From: a virus
Lineage: Duplodnaviria; Caudoviricetes
Reading direction: 5' to 3' (one strand)
Length of the DNA: 63,384 nucleotides
Virus record (IMG/VR): IMGVR_UViG_3300017987_000091
Span: 1 to 63,384 of that record
The translations under genes were made by a program, and so were the position numbers. How positions within the stretch are numbered: position 1 is the first letter of the stretch; each line of letters starts with the position of its first letter. The notes beneath the pieces are model-generated. The model saw only the letters and a program-made list of their open reading frames with translations. It had not been told where the DNA came from and did no database searches. This document shows, piece by piece, positions 44,469 to 51,652 of the stretch.

Positions 44469-46034
44469 TCATTCCTCCAAGGGTTCGGGTTCGTTGGTGT
44501 CGTCGTCGTCAGCTTCAGCCGCCTGTTCGGCCTTCAGGGCCGCACGGGCAGCCTGCAGGGCTTCTTCGTCCAGGTCGCCCACCGTCACCACCGGCTTGAT
44601 TTCGCTGCTGTAGCCGGCCGCGGTGAACATGGATTCGGCGACGTGCTGGGCGTTCAGCACCCCGGCCATGACCAGCTTGGCCACGAATTCGGCGTGAAGG
44701 TTCCTGATTTCGGCCAGTTCCTTTTCGCTGGGCTGGTCCAGTGGGTTGTAGATCACTTCCCAGGATTCGGGCACCAGGCCATTGGTGGGGCCTTCCTTGG
44801 CGCAGAACATGACGGTGCCAAGGATTTCCATGGGTTCGTCGTAGTTGTCGCCCTGTTCTTCGCTGATCCCTTCGGTCCAGGCGCTGCGGCCGGCCTGGTC
44901 GTCGGTGGACAGGCCGCCGGGGGAATTCCCCGTCAGGCGCACCAGCGGCACGTCGGCCGACATGGCCATGCCTTCCAAGGCCCCCCCGCGCAGTTCCTTG
45001 TAGCCGGTGGTGTTCGCCGGGATGGACTGGAAGTCTTCCCCCCCGCCTATGATGTTGATCCCCAGCAGGGACTTGGACTTGGCCATTTCCTGGATCCGCA
45101 TTTCGAACAGTTCCCGCTGGTCGCTGACTTCCAGATCTTCCAGGCCTTCGATCTTCAGCACGTCGCTGCGCAAGTCCTGGGCCAAGATCGCCCCGGCCTG
45201 GTCCACGCTGATGGTGTCCCTGATGTTGTCCCACCAGGCTTGCAGCATGCTGTCGTCCCAGCCCCCGTTCCCCATGTACGTCTTCACGTCGGTTTCGGCC
45301 CCACCGAAGTACAGCATGCGGCTGGCGTGGACCACTTCGCTGATGGACGTGTTCATGGGGGTGACGTTGTAGGTGGCCGCCGTCCTGAACCGCCTGTTGC
45401 GCACGTTGGCTTCGTAGGTATTGACGCTGGCTTCTTCCTTCGTCAGCACGATCAGGTTGCACAGCCTGGTAACCTTCTTGAAGTCCAAGGGTTCCTTCAG
45501 GGGGGGATCGCCTTCTTCGTCCACCACCATCCAGATCAGGGCCCCACCGTCCTTGCGCGCCATGGTGTGCGCCTTCTTGAAATGCTTGAACACCCCCAGG
45601 GCCTTCATGTCGTCCTTCAGGGGTTCGCTTTCTTCGACTTCGCTGCTTCCTTCCACTTCTTCGGTCACCACCACCTTCCAGCCCTTGCGGGTGGCGTGCT
45701 TCGGCACCATCTGGATCAGGCGCCTGGCGTAGCCGCAGAACCGCCAAAGTACGTCTATTTCGGATTCTGTCAGGGCTGCCCTGCTGGTGTTGGGCCTGGC
45801 TGACTGGCCCTTGTCGTAGGTGGTCCCTAGGCCGGTGATCGCGTTCTTGATACTGTCCACCCGCTGCAGCACCTGGTCGTACAGCTGCAGCTTGTTCAGC
45901 TCCAGATCCTGGGCCACCCCATGGGCCGCGGTGGCCATCCCCTGCGCGGCGTCCATGGCCGCGTCCACCCGCGTGGCCACGGCGGTGTCCACCCGCTGCA
46001 CCACTGCACCAGCAACACGATCGATCAGTCCCAT
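44469..46034 (-). CDS. Portal protein (DUF1073-like)
   Basis: NAITGLGT, ARKDGGA, VHASR, ADVPLVRLTGNSPGGL; follows terL. Confidence 0.88.
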   Translation of the reverse strand: MGLIDRVAGAVVQRVDTAVATRVDAAMDAAQGMATAAHGVAQDLELNKLQLYDQVLQRVDSIKNAITGLGTTYDKGQSARPNTSRAALTESEIDVLWRFCGYARRLIQMVPKHATRKGWKVVVTEEVEGSSEVEESEPLKDDMKALGVFKHFKKAHTMARKDGGALIWMVVDEEGDPPLKEPLDFKKVTRLCNLIVLTKEEASVNTYEANVRNRRFRTAATYNVTPMNTSISEVVHASRMLYFGGAETDVKTYMGNGGWDDSMLQAWWDNIRDTISVDQAGAILAQDLRSDVLKIEGLEDLEVSDQRELFEMRIQEMAKSKSLLGINIIGGGEDFQSIPANTTGYKELRGGALEGMAMSADVPLVRLTGNSPGGLSTDDQAGRSAWTEGISEEQGDNYDEPMEILGTVMFCAKEGPTNGLVPESWEVIYNPLDQPSEKELAEIRNLHAEFVAKLVMAGVLNAQHVAESMFTAAGYSSEIKPVVTVGDLDEEALQAARAALKAEQAAEADDDDTNEPEPLEE

Positions 46035-46064
46035 GGTGGTTCTCCTCGGTGGGAAGTGTCTCAC

Positions 46065-47615
46065 TTACAAGTCGCGCAGTCCAGCACCCCGCTTCTTCGC
46101 GCGTTCCAGCGCGTTCATGTTCTTCTCTTCGTCGCGGTGGGCGAACAGCTGGGCCATGGTGTCGGCCCTGTCGTTGGGCTTCGCAGGGAACCGGCACACT
46201 TCCCGGCGCCAGTCTTCGATCCACGGTGCGAACTGGGGAAGGGGTAGGAACACTTCCCCGGCTGCGCACGGCGGCACGCCGTTCAGCTGGTTGAAGGTCA
46301 CCTTGTCCTTCACCCCGCGGGGGTACAGCTTCACGCCCTTGATCTTCCCCTTGCAGTCGTTGTAAAGGGCGTGCCCGTTGGCCTTGTCTTCGATCAGCTT
46401 CAGCTTCACCTGTGGCCACTTCTTGGCCATCGTCTTGAAGGCGAACTTTCCTTCATCGTAGGGGCACTGTTCACGCCATTCGTCCAGCAGGAACCGATAA
46501 GCCCCCCGCCAGCCCCACACCTGGATTACCCAGTAGCTGTTCCCCTTGCCCCCCACCAGGTTCGGATCGCAGCTGATGTCCCACATGTCGCACTTCAGGC
46601 GCCAGGGTTCGCCCTGGTAGAACTGTTTGAACCAGTCCATGCGGTACACCGCGAATTCCCCAAGCTGGGGCAGCTGTCTGAACTGCGCGTCTTCCTGGCT
46701 GCCCAGCTTGGCCTTCGTCTTTTCCACCTTGTCAGGCTTGATCAGGTCGGGGCACAGCAGTTCCCCGGCGGTGGTCCTGGGATCGTCGGGGGACTTGTGG
46801 GGGTGGTCGGGGTCGTACTCCATTGGAAGGCACAGGTGCACCACGTCTTCTTCGGCCAGGCGGTGGGCGAACAGGTCATTGGGGTGCACCCGCTGACCGA
46901 TCAGGATCCGGCCGGCCTTGCGTTCCCCGATATCGTCCACGCGGGTGGAAAGCACCTGGTCGTCGGTGTCGCACACGGCCTTCATGCGATCTTCGATCTG
47001 GTCGGGGGTGCCCAGTGCTGCGTCCTTCACGTCGTGGGGATCGTCCACGCTTTGCCGGTGGGCATGGGCCCCGGTCACCCCGCTGCCGATGGTCAGGGAC
47101 TGGCGCTGCCCCGTGGCCGTGTTGGCGTACAGCTGGATTTCGTTCTGGTCGCTGGCTAGTTCCCAGACGGGGGGGCCGCCGTTGGCCGCCACCTGTTCCT
47201 TCACGGCCTTGTACCACCCCGACGTGATGATCGATCGGGCCTTGATCGCGTCGCGCTTCACCAGGCTGTGGTCGTGGGACAGGCACTGCAGCCGAAACCA
47301 GGGCATGTCCAGCCATTCCCAGGCCGGGTGAAGCACGCTGCAGGACAGGGACTTGCAGCAGCCGGGTGGGATGTTGATCACCAGGTTGGTGATTTCCCCC
47401 CGCGTCACCCGCTGCATGTACTCAAAGATCAGGTCAATGTGCCAGGTGGACACGTAGGGGGTGGCCGGTTCCACGATGGGCCACGCGCCCCGCGCGAAGT
47501 CGTGCAGGTTCATGCTGGCGCTGGTGTGCAGCTTGGCAAGTTCGATCTGGGCGTCCAGGGCCTGGATGTACCGCTGCAGTTCGTCCACCGGGGGCAGCTG
47601 CAGGGGTTCGTTCAC
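46065..47615 (-). CDS. terL: Terminase large subunit
   Basis: INIPPGCCKS, VDDPH, QRVHPNDL, IEDKANG, FPAKPNDRADTM. Confidence 0.93.
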   Translation of the reverse strand: MNEPLQLPPVDELQRYIQALDAQIELAKLHTSASMNLHDFARGAWPIVEPATPYVSTWHIDLIFEYMQRVTRGEITNLVINIPPGCCKSLSCSVLHPAWEWLDMPWFRLQCLSHDHSLVKRDAIKARSIITSGWYKAVKEQVAANGGPPVWELASDQNEIQLYANTATGQRQSLTIGSGVTGAHAHRQSVDDPHDVKDAALGTPDQIEDRMKAVCDTDDQVLSTRVDDIGERKAGRILIGQRVHPNDLFAHRLAEEDVVHLCLPMEYDPDHPHKSPDDPRTTAGELLCPDLIKPDKVEKTKAKLGSQEDAQFRQLPQLGEFAVYRMDWFKQFYQGEPWRLKCDMWDISCDPNLVGGKGNSYWVIQVWGWRGAYRFLLDEWREQCPYDEGKFAFKTMAKKWPQVKLKLIEDKANGHALYNDCKGKIKGVKLYPRGVKDKVTFNQLNGVPPCAAGEVFLPLPQFAPWIEDWRREVCRFPAKPNDRADTMAQLFAHRDEEKNMNALERAKKRGAGLRDL

Positions 47616-47625
47616 CGTCGCCGTC

Positions 47626-48810
47626 CTATTCGTTCACGGGCTCGGTGTCGTCGTCGCCCTGGTCGTCGCCGGCGACCACCACCCGGCCTTCCCCGTTGGC
47701 TTCCAGCAGCAGCCCTTCGTCCTGCATCCTGCGCAGTTCCAGGGCTTCCATGGCTTCTTCACGCTTGCGCTGCAGGGCTTCCAGGGACAGGCCACCGAAG
47801 TCGAAGGTGTGGACCGTCTGCACCGGCTGATCGCCACCCTGGACCACGTGGTGCACCTTGTCGCTGTAGTCCTGGCTGAAGCGGGATTCCATGAACCGCA
47901 GGGCCAGCTTCCCGTCGCCCAGCTTCGTGATCTGCCGGATCGGTTCCCCGGTTTCGGGATCCACCACGGGGGCCCCGGTGCGGTCCACCCCAGCCACCTG
48001 GTGGGGCCTGGTGTTTTCCAGCACGGCCTTCAGGTACAGCCTGGCGCAGAAGGCTTCTGCTTCCTGGAAGGCCAGCAGGAAGTCCAGGTAGGCCTGTTCG
48101 TGGGGCGTCACCCGTTCCCCCGGCGTCGTTTCGTCCAGGTACCGCTGACGCTGCTGGGCCTTGCGTCCCTTGTCCAGCCAGTTCGTCAGGCCCTGACGGG
48201 TGATCCGTGCACCCTGTGCAGCCAGGCGGTGCGTACACCCCAGGCGGATCGCTTCCAGCACGGCTTCCTTCCTGGCGTCGGTGAACTTCCAGGCGGGGTG
48301 TTGTGGATCCCCACCGTTGCCCCCCCTGGGGTTGTCGGGGGTGTCAGGCGGCAGCGTCACCGGGGGTTCAGTCGGCTGGGGTGCAGGGGGTGGGGTGCAG
48401 CTGGCGCGGGTGCGTGTGCCTGCTAGGCCAGCCACGACGCCAGGCCTACCGCCTGACTGGTGTGCCGAAGTTGTACCTTTCCCCCGACCATTGCCCCGGC
48501 CGTTTCCCTTGCTGGAAGGGCTGGTGCCCTTGCCATTGCCCCGACCATTGCCACCCCCTGGATCCTTACTAGATCCCAAGGTAGGGGATCCCAAAGAAAC
48601 AGGAGAAGAAGGGGAAAGGGATCTGGATCTTGATCTAGAACTTGATCCTGATCCGTTGCTTGTGGATCCGCCGTTGGATCCGTTGGACTTGGTGCGTCGT
48701 GCCCATGACTTGATCGTGTTTGGGGACAGGTCGAAACGCCGGGCCGCTGTGCGGTATCCCACACCGTGTTCCTGCATCCAGGCCAGCACTGTTTCTTTGT
48801 CGTTTCGCAT
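47626..48810 (-). CDS. terS: Terminase small subunit-like protein (N-terminal HTH, long Ser/Gly/Pro linker)
   Basis: AARRFDLSPNTIKSW HTH; KFT...AIRLG...AAQGARITRQGLTNW; directly upstream of terL. Confidence 0.72.
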   Translation of the reverse strand: MRNDKETVLAWMQEHGVGYRTAARRFDLSPNTIKSWARRTKSNGSNGGSTSNGSGSSSRSRSRSLSPSSPVSLGSPTLGSSKDPGGGNGRGNGKGTSPSSKGNGRGNGRGKGTTSAHQSGGRPGVVAGLAGTRTRASCTPPPAPQPTEPPVTLPPDTPDNPRGGNGGDPQHPAWKFTDARKEAVLEAIRLGCTHRLAAQGARITRQGLTNWLDKGRKAQQRQRYLDETTPGERVTPHEQAYLDFLLAFQEAEAFCARLYLKAVLENTRPHQVAGVDRTGAPVVDPETGEPIRQITKLGDGKLALRFMESRFSQDYSDKVHHVVQGGDQPVQTVHTFDFGGLSLEALQRKREEAMEALELRRMQDEGLLLEANGEGRVVVAGDDQGDDDTEPVNE

Positions 48811-48908
48811 GCTGTGGTAGTGGGGTGCGCTGGGGTGCACCTTGTGGGGAGGATACCAGGGTGGGGTGCGCTTGAGAAGTGGGATCCCGGCTGGTGGGGT
48901 GCACCAGG

Positions 48909-48986
48909 TGGTGACCCTAACGGGATTTGAACCCGTGTTGCCGGGATGAAAACCCGGTGTCCTGGACCTGGCTGGACGATAGGGTC
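48909..48986 (-). tRNA. tRNA-Glu (anticodon TTC)
   Basis: Acceptor GACCCTA/TAGGGTC + A + CCA; anticodon stem CCGGG/CCCGG with loop TTTTCAT; T-arm ACGGG-TTCAAAT-CCCGT. Confidence 0.93.
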
Positions 48987-49119
48987 AGCAGCTGGTGGCG
49001 ATGGTAGCACAGGGGTGGGGTGCAGTGTGCCGGCCCCTGGGCTGCATGGACTGAGGGGGGAGGGGGGGCGCCCATGCAGTGGTTCCAGGCGCCGGCGGTG
49101 TCATGGTACCATGGCCGGC

Positions 49120-49500
49120 ATGGGGAAGCAGTACAGCCAGCAGGAAGTCCACGAAGCCCTGACGGTGCTGGGCCTGGTGGACGAAATCCAGCGCACCCGG
49201 CGGATCACCACCGACCAGGCGCACCAGGCTTTCAAGCAGCTGGCGAAGACGCTGCACCCAGACGTGGGGGGCACCGAAGAAGGGTTCAGGCGCCTGAACT
49301 GGGCCTGTGGGGTGGTTCGTGACTTGCGGGGCGTGAAGCTGGCACCGATGCCGGCGCCGGTGGTTCAGCAGGTGCGGGTGGTGCACGTGCACCAGCAGGG
49401 CTTCAGCATGTGGTCAGATCCCTTTGACACCACCGCCACGAACAGCGCCACAGGTTCCACCTTTAACTGCAGGTGCTGGCCCTTCCCAGACACCGTTTGA
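49120..49500 (+). CDS. J-domain (DnaJ-like) protein
   Basis: ALTVLGL...AFKQLAKTLHPDVGGTEEGFRRLN (HPD motif). Candidate promoter TTCCAG-N18-TACCAT ends 7 nt before the ATG. Confidence 0.75.
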   Translation: MGKQYSQQEVHEALTVLGLVDEIQRTRRITTDQAHQAFKQLAKTLHPDVGGTEEGFRRLNWACGVVRDLRGVKLAPMPAPVVQQVRVVHVHQQGFSMWSDPFDTTATNSATGSTFNCRCWPFPDTV

Positions 49501-49848
49501 TCGCTGCTGCCGGCGGATCGCTTCGCGCAGTTCCTTGTACAGCTGGGCCAGCTTCTTGTCGCTGTGGCGGCCGGTCATGATCTGCCGGCTGATCTGGGCT
49601 GGGGATCGGTCCATGGTGTTGGCCGTGGTGGGGGTGGTGCCTGGTCGTTGACCGTGCTGCAGCGGCTTCCAGCCCCCTGCGCGGTATGGGCCGCCGGTGG
49701 CCCACGGTGCCACCTGTTACGTGTGGGCCATGGTACCACATGGGGAACCACCTGGTGGGGTGGCAGTTACCAGCAGTTAAGTGCCCCAGGTGGGGCTTCG
49801 CCGATATTTTTGCCGAAAAAATCAGCGAAGGGGTGGTGGCCTATTCCT

Positions 49849-50012
49849 GACGACTGCGACGGGAACTAGTCCACTGGCCCATACTGCGACGGCAGCGACG
49901 ATACCAGGACAGGCTGCCTGTCCAGCTACTTCCTGAAGGTTTACGGGCAGTTAGCAACGACAGCGACGACTGCGACGGGTGCGACGGCAAGCTGGACAAC
50001 GACTGCGACGGG
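49849..50012. repeat. Iteron-like direct repeats (CTGCGACGG), candidate replication origin
   Basis: CTGCGACGG at 49854, 49884, 49970 and 50003, plus partial copies, in a non-coding gap next to an AT-rich patch at ~49803-49823. Confidence 0.55.
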
Positions 50013-50013
50013 C

Positions 50014-50265
50014 CTACTTCTGCAGCACCTTCAGCACTTCGTCGGCGAACTGGTCCAGGTAGGGCCCCAGGTAGTCCCGATCGCAGGACGCTTCAAACAC
50101 GTTCAGGGTGAAGTAGGTTTCCCGTTCCCCGTCCGAAACGGTGATCCTGTAGTCGTAGGCTTCGCAGGACACGGCGACCACGTAGCCGGTGGACAGTGCG
50201 CTGGCCATGCGGTCAGCAATGAACCGGCGAAAGGCCACGATCCTGGGCTGGTCGTGCAGCTTCAT
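50014..50265 (-). CDS. Hypothetical protein
   Basis: 83 aa, ATGA coupled. Confidence 0.6.
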   Translation of the reverse strand: MKLHDQPRIVAFRRFIADRMASALSTGYVVAVSCEAYDYRITVSDGERETYFTLNVFEASCDRDYLGPYLDQFADEVLKVLQK

Positions 50266-50480
50266 ACGATGATCAGCCGCTGTTCGTCGCCATCTGGTTC
50301 CTTGAACACCAGCTGCCCACCATCGATCACGTGGAAGGTGGCAAGGTCCAGTAGCTTCAATGCGCGCCTGAACACTTCGGCACGGCTGCCGGCGCCCAGG
50401 CGTCCCTGCAGGTCGTCCATCAGTTCCCGGTAGGCTGGATCGACTTCAAACTGCAGCCGGATCGGTGGTTGGCTTCCCAT
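50262..50480 (-). CDS. Ribbon-helix-helix (CopG-like) regulator
   Basis: IRLQFEV...LMDDL...SRAEVFRRALKLL. Confidence 0.7.
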   Translation of the reverse strand: MGSQPPIRLQFEVDPAYRELMDDLQGRLGAGSRAEVFRRALKLLDLATFHVIDGGQLVFKEPDGDEQRLIIV

Positions 50481-50481
50481 G

Positions 50482-51009
50482 CTATTCACCCCCACAGGGC
50501 CCCGGCACGTGGACCAGGCCGCAGGTGTCGCAGATCGCGGCCGCGCCGGTGTAGTCCTTGCCTGGAATGCCGTAGCGTCCAGGCTTCACCATGGCCACGC
50601 GGTCCTTCTTGCGGCTGCGTTCCTGTGCCAGCACGGCCGACACGGTGCCACTGGTCACCTGGCGGTTCTTGCAGGACTTCTTCACCAGGGGGACCAGTTC
50701 CTGGACGGTCAGCAGTCGGCCTTCAGCTTCCAGCACCTTGGCAATGTGGTCGATCAGTGGTGGGCCGTCCGTCTGGATCTTGCGCTTCTTGCCCTTGTCG
50801 GCCCTGGGGGCCTTCTTCGCCGGCCGTTGGCCTGGTGGGATCGTGACCTTCGGCGGGGTGGTGGTGGTGCCCTTCTGTTCCCAGGTGGGCTTCAGTGGCA
50901 TCGTGGGCCGGGGCTTCGGCTTGCTGGCGGTGGTCGCCGGCGGCCGCGTCGGTGGGGGTTCGTCGTCAGGGTCCAGCAGGTCGTCCACGTCCACCATGGG
51001 GGTGGGCAT
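50482..51009 (-). CDS. Winged-HTH (HARE-HTH-like) protein; possibly 3' part of the DUF3310 gene
   Basis: LIDHIAKVLEAEGRLLTVQEL...TVSAVL...VKPGRYG. Confidence 0.6.
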   Translation of the reverse strand: MPTPMVDVDDLLDPDDEPPPTRPPATTASKPKPRPTMPLKPTWEQKGTTTTPPKVTIPPGQRPAKKAPRADKGKKRKIQTDGPPLIDHIAKVLEAEGRLLTVQELVPLVKKSCKNRQVTSGTVSAVLAQERSRKKDRVAMVKPGRYGIPGKDYTGAAAICDTCGLVHVPGPCGGE

Positions 51010-51395
51010 CGGGGGCCCTGTGCGCTGCTGGTCATGGCCGTCGTCGTCGTCGTCGCAGTCGTCGCCGGCGGCGCGTCGTCATCGTCGCCCAGGTCGTCGC
51101 CGGCGCTGAAGTCGGCGCGGTCCCCGCCGTTGTCGCCGGGGTCGCTGGCCACCTGCAGGTTCACCTGGAACCGTAGCCGGCCAGCCTGGACTTCCTGCTG
51201 CTGGATCCACCTGTCCAGGTACCATCTGGCCTTCTTCGCGTCTTCCAGCGGATCACCCTTGCGGCCGATCCTGGCCAGGTACTTGATCACATTGCCAAGG
51301 TGGAACCCCAGATCCCAGGCTTCGATCACGTTGATCGCTTCGTAGGTTCCCGGCCTGTAGTGGTCGGGGTGGTTCACTTGTTCCTTGGTTGTCAC
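50892..51395 (-). CDS. DUF3310-domain protein
   Basis: VNHPDHY...EAINVI...GFHLGNVIKYLARIGRKG...EDAKKARWYL. The C-terminus looks off-frame after ~51073. Confidence 0.8.
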   Translation of the reverse strand: MTTKEQVNHPDHYRPGTYEAINVIEAWDLGFHLGNVIKYLARIGRKGDPLEDAKKARWYLDRWIQQQEVQAGRLRFQVNLQVASDPGDNGGDRADFSAGDDLGDDDDAPPATTATTTTTAMTSSAQGPRCPPPWWTWTTCWTLTTNPHRRGRRRPPPASRSPGPRCH

Positions 51396-51652
51396 CCTTC
51401 CAGCTCCCCCCCGGCCACGCGCTTGGCCAGCTTCGCCTTGGCCCAGACAATGGCGTCCCCCTTGTCCTTCGGGGGCACGAACATGTTGGTGGCTTCGACG
51501 GTGGCAAGTTCACACTGGCCGACTTCTTCCTGGTAGGTGGCGATCACGTCGTCCTTGCTGGGGCCCTGGACGATCCCGCCGTCGTGGGCGACCAGGATCC
51601 AGGTGTGTTCTTCGGGGGTGCCGATCTTCAGCAGGTGGATCAGCTTTCGCAT
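51392..51652 (-). CDS. Hypothetical protein
   Basis: MRKLIHLL with GAGG RBS; coupled to the next gene. Confidence 0.55.
   Translation of the reverse strand: MRKLIHLLKIGTPEEHTWILVAHDGGIVQGPSKDDVIATYQEEVGQCELATVEATNMFVPPKDKGDAIVWAKAKLAKRVAGGELEG

Noticed and set aside
44469-46034. Anti-CBASS Acb1 (a label often attached to DUF1073 proteins)
   Set aside because: Position and length fit a plain portal, and I saw no phosphoesterase extension.
48200-48820. Plus-strand ORF with DLDLDLELDPDP resembling an initiator linker
   Set aside because: It is antisense to terS, which has clear HTH domains; the pattern is the GATC cluster read on the other strand.
49414-49614. 66-aa minus-strand ORF (MDRSPAQ...)
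   Set aside because: No clear RBS and it overlaps the J-domain gene convergently; too weak to call.
49849-50012. CRISPR array
   Set aside because: Repeats are only ~9-15 bp with irregular spacing, and no cas genes were seen.
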